IMG/VR virus record: IMGVR_UViG_3300032300_000577
Coordinates: 1,420 to 65,419 of that record
Source: a virus
DNA: 64,000 nt
Direction: 5' to 3' (one strand)
A program made the position numbers and the translations under genes. Shown piece after piece: positions 49,167 through 58,701 of this stretch. Within the stretch, counting starts at the first letter, position 1, and each line of letters starts with the position of its first letter. A model generated the notes under the pieces. It made no database searches and was not told the DNA's origin. It saw only the letters and a list, made by a program, of their open reading frames with translations.

Positions 49167-49868
49167 TTATTTGGTGACTGTGCCTAATCTGCTGTGAACA
49201 AAATCTGCTAGAGCTGCTCGTGTCGATGACACGCTATTCTCAACTTCATTCTCTCCAACTGTTAAAGTAACGTTTTCTTCGACTTCTGCGGTCTCTAGAA
49301 CAGCAGGATCAGTCGTTGCTGATGTTGTCTCTGAAGCTTTCTTCTTAGACTTCTTGTCTTCTTCGTCTGTCTTGTCTTCTGTCTTTTCTTTGAGCCAAGG
49401 TGGCATCTTACCAGCAAGAAGAACAACAGCTTCAAAAGCTTCGTCGTCTACAGATTCAAATTTATCTACAGTTGAAAGAGCAATTTCGTTATCAACACCC
49501 TTCTCTAAAAGTTGGGCAACTCTCTTCATTTTTTTCTCTTTCTTCATTGCTACTTCTTCAGACTTCTTGTAAGCAGCAACGGCTTCTAGGGCTGTGTCAA
49601 GTTCAGCTTTCATCTTCTTGACTTCTTCATCTTTTTTGGCCATTTCATCCTTCTTCTTAGCAATTGCTTCATTAAGCTCGTTTACTGTTTTTTCAAACTC
49701 AGCCTTAAGTTGCTGAACTTCTTCCTGATGAGCCTTTAAAGAATTTTGTAGTTCGTCCATATTTGTAGAAGCTACTTCAGTTACAGTTACTTCTTCAACA
49801 ACAGGAGTGACTTCTGTTTGGGTTTCGATTTTTTGTTCTGTTTCTGCAACCGATGTTACTTCATTCAT
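49167..49868 (-). CDS. Nested in-frame scaffolding protein (233 aa)
   Basis: In-frame ATG at 49868 with GGAG-N9 RBS and GGTGTAT motif at 49910-49916. Confidence 0.55.
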   Translation of the reverse strand: MNEVTSVAETEQKIETQTEVTPVVEEVTVTEVASTNMDELQNSLKAHQEEVQQLKAEFEKTVNELNEAIAKKKDEMAKKDEEVKKMKAELDTALEAVAAYKKSEEVAMKKEKKMKRVAQLLEKGVDNEIALSTVDKFESVDDEAFEAVVLLAGKMPPWLKEKTEDKTDEEDKKSKKKASETTSATTDPAVLETAEVEENVTLTVGENEVENSVSSTRAALADFVHSRLGTVTK

Positions 49869-50699
49869 TGTACTGTTCTCCACTGTATTAAGGTTGGACT
49901 GATTTTTAGATACACCTGATATTACAAAATCGTCTTTTTTTTCTAATGATATATTATCATTTTTATTCAATAAATTATCTTTAGTGAAAATTATACTATC
50001 TGGATTTGCTGGTTTGTCAACAAAACCCTTGCCAGAAAACGTAATTTTTCTAAGAACACGACCTATTTTATAGTCATCGTGCTCACCCAATCCTCCATAT
50101 GATCTTAAATATTTGGTTAAGTATGCGGTAGCTTCGTTTCTACTTAATATTTTATATTCACCAGTAGACTTGTTTATTAATCCATAATCAAACCCCTTAA
50201 AGAAACACTCCATACTTACATACTTATTTCCTTCTTCAATTTCTGCTATAAGTTTTTGTGATCTTTCTTTAAGTTCAGGAATACTATATCCACTATAGAT
50301 TACAGACCCAGTTAAAATATGATATGTATCTGGTAGATTTTCTACCGGACTATTCTCATCAATTAGCAAACCTTCCATTGTTACTGGCCAATTAGACGTA
50401 ATGTGTCCGACAATATCTGACTCATTATGTTCTAGATTAGTAGGCTTATCTTCTGGGGTATTTCTGGCCGCCCATACCTCTGACTTATCAAATATGTCGT
50501 CATTTTTGTTCCAGTTTGTTGTAACCAAAATGGATTGTACATAGTATAGGTCTGAGTCATCAACAGAAGCTAAACTTTTAACATGCTTTGTTTTACTGGG
50601 AATTGTAGATGGTTCTACGTGTGATGCATAGGATACGGAAGCTGAAGCTTTTATTTTTTCTTCTAGTCCGTCAAGTTTTTCTTGTTCAAATATTTTCAT
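49167..50699 (-). CDS. Prohead protease-scaffold fusion
   Basis: N-domain NKNDD.F...N.EH...GHI...VSMEC...G.G.V..PA; acidic coiled-coil C-half; GGAG-N9-ATG favours start 50699 (track start 50714). Confidence 0.75.
   Translation of the reverse strand: MKIFEQEKLDGLEEKIKASASVSYASHVEPSTIPSKTKHVKSLASVDDSDLYYVQSILVTTNWNKNDDIFDKSEVWAARNTPEDKPTNLEHNESDIVGHITSNWPVTMEGLLIDENSPVENLPDTYHILTGSVIYSGYSIPELKERSQKLIAEIEEGNKYVSMECFFKGFDYGLINKSTGEYKILSRNEATAYLTKYLRSYGGLGEHDDYKIGRVLRKITFSGKGFVDKPANPDSIIFTKDNLLNKNDNISLEKKDDFVISGVSKNQSNLNTVENSTMNEVTSVAETEQKIETQTEVTPVVEEVTVTEVASTNMDELQNSLKAHQEEVQQLKAEFEKTVNELNEAIAKKKDEMAKKDEEVKKMKAELDTALEAVAAYKKSEEVAMKKEKKMKRVAQLLEKGVDNEIALSTVDKFESVDDEAFEAVVLLAGKMPPWLKEKTEDKTDEEDKKSKKKASETTSATTDPAVLETAEVEENVTLTVGENEVENSVSSTRAALADFVHSRLGTVTK
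49910..49916 (-). promoter_or_regulatory. Putative late promoter (GGTGTAT) for scaffold-decoration-capsid transcript
   Basis: 42 nt upstream of the internal ATG at 49868. Confidence 0.5.
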
Positions 50700-50713
50700 A
50701 AGTATCTTCTCCA

Positions 50714-52906
50714 TTATTCAGTATACAAATATGAATAAAATGAGGCTTTGGCCTGTTTTTGTTCTTCTACTGTGAGCGTTTTGTTTAGTTTTGCAGATAA
50801 TTCTTTTGACCAATTGTTATACCCCATAAATATGCTTTTTTGATCTTCTTTATCAATTGAGCTAAATATTTTCATAATGTTTTCTTGCTCAACTGTTGAA
50901 AAGGGTTGGGTGGAAAATAAGATCTTGGTCTTTAGCTCTTCTAGTTCTTTGGACTCTTCGCTAGATAATGATCTTAGATTTTTCTTTTTATAGAAGTCTA
51001 ATAATATTGGATTAATAATATTGTTAATTTTATCTTGGGCGTCATTGGCCCATATAATTAAACTTGCTCCTGTTTGGGGTTTAAACACTTTGGTCTTTCG
51101 TGGCCCTGAATCTTTCGATGTTTTTGGTCTACCTTGTCCCGGTACTCCCGACAAAGATTCTGGCGAATCTTTTGCCAACTGCGTTGGTGAATTACTTGGC
51201 ATCGACTGGATTTTCATCTCCATCGCACTTTTCTCACCACTCTTCTTTTTATCAAGCTCTAGGCCAACTTGGCTTGGAGCAACTGCTCCTCCTTGTAGAG
51301 CTATTTTCTTTAAAGAGTTTTCTATTTGCGGATCAAACCAAGGTCCAGATTTTCTTACCATTCTATTACCATTTCTATCTCTAGTTTCTCTGTTAAGTCT
51401 ATTCTTTTCCATGTCTGGATCAAAGCCGAACCTGTTCTGTAACATTTCATCAGAGATAAGATTTCTGTCAGCTAATTGAATTAATAGGGCTTTTTCAGTC
51501 TCCTCATTAGATAGATCCATTCTATCAAATTCTATCTTTGCAGAATATTTAAAACCCATAGCCTTTTGAACTAAAGCCATTTCTTTTTCCCAAAAATCGA
51601 CTATAACATCACGACCGTATTGTAGTCTTTGTGTTAGTGTTTTTAAGCTGATAAAGTTGTTGGTTGTTCCAGCTGCTCCGAATGTTCCTGTGAGAGTAGG
51701 AGGAATGCCTAGTCCAGCATAGACTGAATTTAAGTGAGGAATATATTTACCCTCACCGAGAAATTGATGAACGGTAGTTTTAGATTCTAGTAGCTCAATA
51801 TCCGGACCCCATACTAGATCCATAGTACCACCACCAACATTATTTCCTAGAATTTGTGCTAGTTTAGCTGTTGCTGCTTTTGTTGGAGCGATTTTATGTT
51901 CTAGGCTACCTAGTTTAAAAATACGAATATTTGATATTGCTCCATCAAGAGCTGCCATGTCTGCTAGTTTTAGTTTCTCTATAACAACAATATCATCCAT
52001 AATTGCATAAATCATAGGATAGGCCCATGCCTGCCAATCGTCTTTTTTGTAGTGGTAAACAATTGTCTTGTCTGAATCTAATAGATATGGTTTTCTATTT
52101 TTAGCTGCTTCTATAATTTGTGGAGGTAACGATTCAATTATTTTTTTCTCTGCTTCTGTTTTGGGAGAATTAATAACTTTTCTTAAACTAGCAGGAAGAG
52201 TTAGTTGATACGTTTTATTAGATACAAAAGAAGATAATGCTCCACCAGATACGTCAACATAATATGGATCCATGAACGTGTATTTCCATGGAACTTCTCT
52301 TTTTTCTACTTTCAACTGATCTAAGTCTTGAACAATAAGATCTGGGCTAGAAATAGCCTTGTAAAGACTATCTGCAACTTTAATGCTTAATTTAGCTGTT
52401 TGTCTATTTATTACTAAATTACCAGTCTTATATAGGTTGTTTAAAAATCTTTCGCTTCTTTCTTTACCTCCCACCTTTTTAAACCATTGTCTATAGAATC
52501 TTTCTATTCTTTTGTTTTTATGGACTGGTTTTATTCCTTGAACAGCAAAGTCTGCCATTAAATCGATAACATTTTTTACTAAACCCACTCTTTGATAAAC
52601 GTCTTCTGCTTTTTTAATGACATTTTTAACCTGCGAAGGAACTTCTTCGTCTGGTCTAAAGTAATAGTAATCAGATCTGGTTAGTCCTGGACGACCACTA
52701 GTATTGGTGTCTAGATTAGAATAGTCTAGTCTGAACCGACGAGAACCTTCTGCTTTTTGAATTCCTTGGTATTCGTCGAGAGATTCTGATGATTTATGTA
52801 AAGCTTGTTGTTTACTTTCTAAATCTTCTCCCCATGTCACATAAGCTTCTGGATTTTCTGTAGTAGCTTCTTTAATAACTTCGCTCTTTGGATATCTTTT
52901 AGCCAT
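50714..52906 (-). CDS. Portal protein
   Basis: 730 aa directly downstream of terL; LVKNVIDLMADF, GLGIPPTL, helical core. Confidence 0.8.
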   Translation of the reverse strand: MAKRYPKSEVIKEATTENPEAYVTWGEDLESKQQALHKSSESLDEYQGIQKAEGSRRFRLDYSNLDTNTSGRPGLTRSDYYYFRPDEEVPSQVKNVIKKAEDVYQRVGLVKNVIDLMADFAVQGIKPVHKNKRIERFYRQWFKKVGGKERSERFLNNLYKTGNLVINRQTAKLSIKVADSLYKAISSPDLIVQDLDQLKVEKREVPWKYTFMDPYYVDVSGGALSSFVSNKTYQLTLPASLRKVINSPKTEAEKKIIESLPPQIIEAAKNRKPYLLDSDKTIVYHYKKDDWQAWAYPMIYAIMDDIVVIEKLKLADMAALDGAISNIRIFKLGSLEHKIAPTKAATAKLAQILGNNVGGGTMDLVWGPDIELLESKTTVHQFLGEGKYIPHLNSVYAGLGIPPTLTGTFGAAGTTNNFISLKTLTQRLQYGRDVIVDFWEKEMALVQKAMGFKYSAKIEFDRMDLSNEETEKALLIQLADRNLISDEMLQNRFGFDPDMEKNRLNRETRDRNGNRMVRKSGPWFDPQIENSLKKIALQGGAVAPSQVGLELDKKKSGEKSAMEMKIQSMPSNSPTQLAKDSPESLSGVPGQGRPKTSKDSGPRKTKVFKPQTGASLIIWANDAQDKINNIINPILLDFYKKKNLRSLSSEESKELEELKTKILFSTQPFSTVEQENIMKIFSSIDKEDQKSIFMGYNNWSKELSAKLNKTLTVEEQKQAKASFYSYLYTE

Positions 52907-52953
52907 ATTTATTTTAATTATATTGTGATTGTATTGTAGTTAGATTACTTTGT

Positions 52954-52960
52954 ATACACC
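52954..52960 (-). promoter_or_regulatory. Putative late promoter (GGTGTAT) for portal
   Basis: Recurring intergenic motif, 48 nt upstream of ATG. Confidence 0.6.
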
Positions 52961-54999
52961 TATTGTCTATAGATTCCCTTGTAAATATCGTCGTTAACCG
53001 CAGATGTGAACCATTCTGGTCCTTTGTATAAGTCTCCGGTGCAATTGACAATATCTCGTCGATTTTCTCCTACCATATCATATTCGACCGGGCGTAAAGT
53101 GTATCTCATTTGTCTTGCTAACATATTGGCTATTACTAAAGAGCTATAACGGTCTTTTCTTAATCTTCCCTTTTTACCATTTGGCATTTTAACTTCTGGA
53201 GTATCCCAGCGATCACGAGCATTTGGTCCCGTACTAGTTTGTGTCATTACAATAGTGGTCAATTCATTTTTCAGTTCTTCTATTTCTAGGATACATTCGC
53301 TTAAAGTGTCATAAAGATTATCTGTTAAATCTGTTCCTAATATGTCTTTACCCTCTGAGTCTAAAGCTAATCCAAGAGTTAATGAATCAAATCTTGGGAA
53401 TAATAAGGTTTTATCTTCTAGGTCTTTTCTTAGTCCGTGATTAGCTTGACTAGTCCAGTCCGCCTTTGCAAACTGAACCAATTCTATAAGATGTTGTCCT
53501 GGTTGGTCATCAGTATCTTTTGATTTGTCATAATTAATAATTGGCCACAATAGAGTCTCTCCTTCTTCTAATTTAGAAGGATCGTGTAAGGCTTCTTCGA
53601 TAGCAACACCTCCGCCTTGAGCATCCATTCCTATTCTAGAGCATGGAAATGTTTTCATTAGATTGCGAATTTTTCTTGCACAAAATCCATAGAAATCATA
53701 TTCCTTAACAAGTCCTGTTTTTTGTCGATCTTTAAAATTAGTTCTATTTGTAGTCCAGCAATAAACTACTCTAGCATGATCTTGATAAACTTCTAGTATA
53801 ATAATACTGAAATTATCTTGTTCTGAGGCTGGGTCAATTCCATATACATATTGTTTTGAAGCATTTCCTACTGTTATCGGATCAAAAATAATAGGAGTAG
53901 TATTTATAACTACTGGATTTTGTTCTGTTACCACGCAGCTTTCGATTAAACTTCTCTTAAAGAAGCCATTGCTGTCAGCTGTAAAACACGCTCCGTATTC
54001 CATATTATATATTCCGCTATGGATGGTTGCTTTAGCTCTGCTGACCTGTTTATCATCCATGAAGCCTTTGGGAATTAATTCGTATGGGATTCTGATAATT
54101 GAATAATCTTTCCAATTAAAGTTATCTGGTATCTCCCCTTTGAATAATTCTTCTAGTTTTTGTTTGTTTCCTTTACTCTCTATGATACCCTTATACCTAT
54201 TCCAGTACTGAGCAAAATGCTTGAAAGAATAGTCTGCAGTACCAGAAATAATAGCTTGGTTACCCATTTTGGTATTTAATATTTCTAGATCTTCGTTCCA
54301 TAATCCTGCTTCTAACATTGCTGCTCTTTTGGCTTGTTCTTTTACGTTTTGAATTGGACTAGCGCTAACAGCAGCAAACCCTGACACTACTGTTTCATAA
54401 ATATCAGGACTAATAGAGGCAAATTCGTCCGCGATGATAATATGTGCTCTTAAACCTCTAATCTTACTACCATCACCCATAGGAACAGCAATAGTCCAGC
54501 TGTCGCCCAAGCGGATAGTACATCTATCAACGTCTCTTCTTGGTCCGTCATCATTCCCGTTGTAAATACTTCGCAAGATTGGACTATTGCGCCACATAGT
54601 TTCCATATATTCAAAAATGATCTTACTCTGTCTAAAAGCGGCACCAACGATAACTATTTTTGTTCCTGGATAAAAAGTACAACGCAATAAAGAATATAGG
54701 GCTAATAAGAATGACTTGCCCCAGCCGCGACTAGCAATATACATTGGAAAAGATCTTATCCAAAATTCTTGAAGAATTAGAACTTGCATTGGATGGAGTT
54801 CTATATTAAAAAGAATACGACATGTAGAACCTATGTAGTAAGGATCTCTTAGTAGTCTAAGTAAATGAAGATCCGGATTTTCTATGTCTTTTTCTAGACG
54901 ATTTATCATAGGATTACTGGTTATGTCTAAAAGAGATAAATCTCCCAGACCAAGCCAAGCATCTTCAAATATCTGTTTTTGTTTGTCCTTCGAGCTCAT
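52960..54999 (-). CDS. terL: Terminase large subunit
   Basis: Walker A SRGWGKS, IRGLRA, Walker B IIADE, RNase H-like YGIDPA, KDRYSS. Confidence 0.92.
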   Translation of the reverse strand: MSSKDKQKQIFEDAWLGLGDLSLLDITSNPMINRLEKDIENPDLHLLRLLRDPYYIGSTCRILFNIELHPMQVLILQEFWIRSFPMYIASRGWGKSFLLALYSLLRCTFYPGTKIVIVGAAFRQSKIIFEYMETMWRNSPILRSIYNGNDDGPRRDVDRCTIRLGDSWTIAVPMGDGSKIRGLRAHIIIADEFASISPDIYETVVSGFAAVSASPIQNVKEQAKRAAMLEAGLWNEDLEILNTKMGNQAIISGTADYSFKHFAQYWNRYKGIIESKGNKQKLEELFKGEIPDNFNWKDYSIIRIPYELIPKGFMDDKQVSRAKATIHSGIYNMEYGACFTADSNGFFKRSLIESCVVTEQNPVVINTTPIIFDPITVGNASKQYVYGIDPASEQDNFSIIILEVYQDHARVVYCWTTNRTNFKDRQKTGLVKEYDFYGFCARKIRNLMKTFPCSRIGMDAQGGGVAIEEALHDPSKLEEGETLLWPIINYDKSKDTDDQPGQHLIELVQFAKADWTSQANHGLRKDLEDKTLLFPRFDSLTLGLALDSEGKDILGTDLTDNLYDTLSECILEIEELKNELTTIVMTQTSTGPNARDRWDTPEVKMPNGKKGRLRKDRYSSLVIANMLARQMRYTLRPVEYDMVGENRRDIVNCTGDLYKGPEWFTSAVNDDIYKGIYRQ

Positions 55000-55444
55000 A
55001 AACCCTTCTCATAATTGCTATGGCCATTTTTTCTGCATTAGATGCTGATCCGCAAAATAATACTTTAATGTTGAAATATACTTGTAATTCCGTTAGGTGT
55101 TTTAGAATAAATCCGGGTGTTATCTTAAGTTTATCCCACATTTTCTTAGGAACATTAGATCCCACAGGATACTGTAAAACATCATCAACATCGAACTCAA
55201 GTAAGATAAATGGATACTTATATGTTGCTATTCTTGATACAACATCTTTGAATCTTTTTTCTGTAATATTTGTTGCAATTTCACTCACGCTCTTTTTTCG
55301 TTCTATGCATAAAAGGTGTTCTAGTCCTTCTATCGAATAGTCTCCAGTGTCAAGCTTTCTAGAGGCTGTTTCATGTCTGGGAAATTCCCAGGGTTGTTGT
55401 TCTCTTGTGTCTACTATTATTTTGATATTGTTATAGTCAATCAT
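54965..55444 (-). CDS. ERCC4/XPF-Mus81-family nuclease
   Basis: VDTREQ, GDY and IERK motifs. Confidence 0.85.
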   Translation of the reverse strand: MIDYNNIKIIVDTREQQPWEFPRHETASRKLDTGDYSIEGLEHLLCIERKKSVSEIATNITEKRFKDVVSRIATYKYPFILLEFDVDDVLQYPVGSNVPKKMWDKLKITPGFILKHLTELQVYFNIKVLFCGSASNAEKMAIAIMRRVYELEGQTKTDI

Positions 55445-55707
55445 TGTTTTTTCTGCTGTAGTATTCTAAGGAAAACTGCTTCGTAACTATCCTCCATGCC
55501 CTGTATCATTTTATGGTGATCTTTGCATAAAGTGATTCCGTTACCAACTTCAAATCTTAATCCTGGAAAATTAGCCCAGGTTTTAATATGATGAGCATTT
55601 AATTTTTTATTATTTACACATCCGGGCCACTGACAATGGAAATTGTCTCTTTTATAAACATCTTTTCTCCATTTCTTATACTGAGGATCTTCAAAATTTC
55701 TAAACAT
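55441..55707 (-). CDS. HNH endonuclease
   Basis: RD...CQ..GC...AHHI...NGITLC..HH. Confidence 0.85.
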   Translation of the reverse strand: MFRNFEDPQYKKWRKDVYKRDNFHCQWPGCVNNKKLNAHHIKTWANFPGLRFEVGNGITLCKDHHKMIQGMEDSYEAVFLRILQQKKQ

Positions 55708-56722
55708 GAGAATATTCTTTTATGTCAGAGTTAACCATGTCTGCTACTAGTTCTTGAAATGATATTTCTGGTTCCCATCCTAGTATGCCTTTAGCTTTAG
55801 TTGGTTGTCCTTTTAAGTAGTCTACTTCTGCTGGTCTGTATAAGCTAGGATCTATCTGTACATATTTTTTATAGTCCAGATTAACTAATTCAAAAGAAGC
55901 CTTGAGAAAATCTAATACTGTTCTGGTCTGTCCAGTAGATATTACATAATCATCGGCGCTATCATGTTGTAACATCATCCACATAGCTTTTACATAGTCT
56001 TTAGCATGGCCCCAGTCTCTATGGATGGAAAGATTTCCTAAGCTCAAAGGAGTTTCTGTAGAATAAATTCCTGCAACAACTTTTCCTAAATATTTAGTTA
56101 TCTTTCTGGTAACAAAGTTTTCACCTCTTCTTGGACTTTCATGATTAAATAAAATTCCAGAACAAGCAAATAAACCATATCCTTCTCGATATAGCTGCAC
56201 CATTCTATGGGCTGCTAATTTTGATACTCCATATGGACTTTGTGGTAATAATTCGGTGTCTTCGTCTTGATATCTATTACCATCTTGATCTATTGAAAAG
56301 TTTCTCCCAAACATCTCGCTTGTACTAGCTTGGTAGAATTTTGTAGCCGATGAGTGATTTTTGATAGCTTCTAGAATGTTAATAACTCCAACACAATTAA
56401 TTTCCATAGTTGTGCTTGGTTGTTTAAAGCTGGTTGCAACATGACTTTGTGCAGCTAAATTGTAAAACTCATGAGGTTGAAATCTTGATATGGTCGAAGA
56501 TACTGTTGCCGGGTCTGTAAGATCAAATTCTTCTAATTGAAAATTAGGATTATGAATAATGTGATTTAGTCTTTCAAAGTGGTATGAGCTGGTTCTTCTG
56601 TATAAACCAACTACATGATATCCTTTGGACAATAATAATTCTGCCAGATAGGAACCGTCCTGTCCTGTTACTCCAGTAACCATAGCGATTTGATTATATT
56701 TTTGTGTTTTCATATTATTCAA
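55700..56722 (-). CDS. gmd: GDP-mannose 4,6-dehydratase
   Basis: TGVTGQDGSYL, NLAAQSHV, QASTSE, SPYGVSK, FNHESPRRG, RDWG. Confidence 0.95.
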   Translation of the reverse strand: MNNMKTQKYNQIAMVTGVTGQDGSYLAELLLSKGYHVVGLYRRTSSYHFERLNHIIHNPNFQLEEFDLTDPATVSSTISRFQPHEFYNLAAQSHVATSFKQPSTTMEINCVGVINILEAIKNHSSATKFYQASTSEMFGRNFSIDQDGNRYQDEDTELLPQSPYGVSKLAAHRMVQLYREGYGLFACSGILFNHESPRRGENFVTRKITKYLGKVVAGIYSTETPLSLGNLSIHRDWGHAKDYVKAMWMMLQHDSADDYVISTGQTRTVLDFLKASFELVNLDYKKYVQIDPSLYRPAEVDYLKGQPTKAKGILGWEPEISFQELVADMVNSDIKEYSHV

Positions 56723-57518
56723 CGCTTTCTGGGGTTAAAAAGGGTTTGTCTATTCCTCCGTCATTATATTCGTGAAATTCTGTAACTTTTTTCTTCATTT
56801 TTGCAGTTGCTAACGCTAAAATTTCCATTTGCTTACCTTCTCTTTCTCGGATTTCCTCATCTTCTAACATTCGTATTAATCCTGTCCAAGAACTTTTGCC
56901 GTCTTCTATTCTTTTGATTCTTTGTTCACGAGTTGCCTTAAGATCTTTACTAATTTTTTGCTGTTCATTAAGGAGCTTTGTATATTCATTAGTATAATTA
57001 GCGATACTGTTGCGGGCAAAACCAAGCTGTGTTTCAAGGTTGGCCAATTTTGGAATATCTCTTTCGATTTCTGGTTTGGCATATTGGTCGTCCACCAGTC
57101 TTTGGAGTTTTTCTGTGTCTGATATGTGACGCTTACGTTCTTTCATACTTCTATTAATAAGAATATCTATGGTGATGAATTGTTTGATTTGGAGTTCTTC
57201 TGCAGGAAGGACGTCTTCTCTAAACTGTTTAATTAATCCTATCCAAGTATCTTCAAAATATTTTAATTCTCCCGTATCCTCGTCAAACTGACGAACTATT
57301 TCTGTCCAGAAAGTTTTTGAGTGAAGTTTATATCGAAGAGTCTCGTCGTCTTTTTTTTCGTCGTTAGAGATAAATAGTTTTTGTTCTTCAATATATCTTT
57401 TGACTGGTGCTGTGCTTCTGTTAAGATACTCTGCGATATCTTCTATGGACAATGAATCAACATTGTCTCTTATGTATTTCTCTTCATCTAGTGATAACTG
57501 TCCACGTTTTTTATTCAT
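56715..57518 (-). CDS. HTH + coiled-coil protein, possible terminase small subunit
   Basis: N-terminal SIEDIAEYLNRS HTH-like segment; coiled-coil; upstream of terL. Confidence 0.45.
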   Translation of the reverse strand: MNKKRGQLSLDEEKYIRDNVDSLSIEDIAEYLNRSTAPVKRYIEEQKLFISNDEKKDDETLRYKLHSKTFWTEIVRQFDEDTGELKYFEDTWIGLIKQFREDVLPAEELQIKQFITIDILINRSMKERKRHISDTEKLQRLVDDQYAKPEIERDIPKLANLETQLGFARNSIANYTNEYTKLLNEQQKISKDLKATREQRIKRIEDGKSSWTGLIRMLEDEEIREREGKQMEILALATAKMKKKVTEFHEYNDGGIDKPFLTPESVE

Positions 57519-58143
57519 TGTCGGCTATTATTTGCTGTATATGTTTTTGTAATTTTTTAATATCGGCTTTATTAACCTTTGCTCCGTGCTTTAAACGTAA
57601 GAAAATCTCTCTATGCTCCCCTTGTAGGCTATGGTCTAGTTTTTCGATCAGTTCTTTATTACCCATTATATATTGGAAATCTTCATTGTCTTTATTACGG
57701 AGCAGGGATTGGTCTTCTATTGTTGTGGGCTTCATTATATTTTTCTTACTGTCATTTCTATCATACCACTTCTTATAAAGCTCACAGTCCATGTGGTTAC
57801 TAAACTCTGTACATTGATTATCGGATTTTTTAAAGGTTTTGTCAAAAAATGGACAAGTTAAACAAGGCTTATCTGGTCTTTTGTAGTTATCCCTCTTGTA
57901 ATTAAATAGTCTATTTCTAACGTGAGTCCAAAGAAAGTTTTCGAGAGGTCGCTTATTATCATATTTTTCAAGACCTTCTAAAGCGAAAATGGCTGCTTGT
58001 TGATACATGTCGTCATAGCTATGATAGCCGAATTTAAATTTATGACCTAATCTTTTGCTTATATTATCAAGTACTTTTAAGAATTCTTCTTCGCTAACGC
58101 CATTAGGCAGCTGATTATTGGTCGATTTTTTCTTTTTCTTCAT
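57511..58143 (-). CDS. Phage sigma-70-family (region 2) transcription factor with Cys4 insert
   Basis: DDMYQQAAIFALEGLEKYD..RPLENFLWTHVRNRL resembles sigma region 2; CLTC...C...C insert. Confidence 0.75.
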   Translation of the reverse strand: MKKKKKSTNNQLPNGVSEEEFLKVLDNISKRLGHKFKFGYHSYDDMYQQAAIFALEGLEKYDNKRPLENFLWTHVRNRLFNYKRDNYKRPDKPCLTCPFFDKTFKKSDNQCTEFSNHMDCELYKKWYDRNDSKKNIMKPTTIEDQSLLRNKDNEDFQYIMGNKELIEKLDHSLQGEHREIFLRLKHGAKVNKADIKKLQKHIQQIIADNE

Positions 58144-58276
58144 TTTGTAAAAGTTCTGCTATACTTTTCCCCTCGTCTAGTTGTAGTTCTTCTTCCGTAA
58201 CGATAGCATCCTCAGTAGCACAAGCTTTAACTACCAAAACTGACGGAACGATCTTAATATCATCAAAATTACTCAT
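58115..58276 (-). CDS. Small acidic protein (53 aa), below ORF-track cutoff
   Basis: MSNFDDIKIVPSVLVVKACATEDAIVTEEELQLDEGKSIAELLQNEEKEKIDQ; AGGGG RBS upstream. Confidence 0.55.
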   Translation of the reverse strand: MSNFDDIKIVPSVLVVKACATEDAIVTEEELQLDEGKSIAELLQNEEKEKIDQ

Positions 58277-58307
58277 GAATAATCCCCTAAATTAAAGGTT
58301 ACAAACT

Positions 58308-58336
58308 ATACTATATTTTTGTACACTTTTTGTCAA
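58308..58336 (-). promoter_or_regulatory. Sigma-70-type promoter for the sigma factor/packaging operon
   Basis: TTGACA-17 nt-TAGTAT on the minus strand; spacer contains AGTGTAC. Confidence 0.6.
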
Positions 58337-58461
58337 CAAACTAATCTAATTAGAAGAGATTAATAAATTTTAGTTGATCGTTTCTTGCATAATATTATCA
58401 AAAACCTATTATATGCTTGTTGATGGTGGATTTATCTAAAAATACATAGGAGACGAACGAA

Positions 58462-58695
58462 ATGGCCACATACAAGAAATGGACCCAAACAGACCTAGAT
58501 TTTATTCAAAATAATCAGAAGCTTTATAGCGATGACGAATTGGCCTCTAAACTATCTCAGGTTTGTGGTCAAAGTATTACTACCGCTATGATCAGACGAC
58601 AAAGGCGAAAGCTAAATATTGAAAAGCCAAAGGGTCGCCGCCCCAAGAATCGTGCTGTTCCACTAGAACCTGTGGTTCAGCAAGGTTCTAACTAA
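58462..58695 (+). CDS. Small HTH-like DNA-binding protein
   Basis: KWT..D..FI...SDDELA..L...MIRRQRRKL; AGGAG RBS. Confidence 0.65.
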   Translation: MATYKKWTQTDLDFIQNNQKLYSDDELASKLSQVCGQSITTAMIRRQRRKLNIEKPKGRRPKNRAVPLEPVVQQGSN

Positions 58696-58701
58696 CTATC
58701 C

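Noticed and set aside
52960-54999. Intein or intron in terL
   Set aside because: Continuous 679-aa ORF with normal motif spacing and no intein splice signature.
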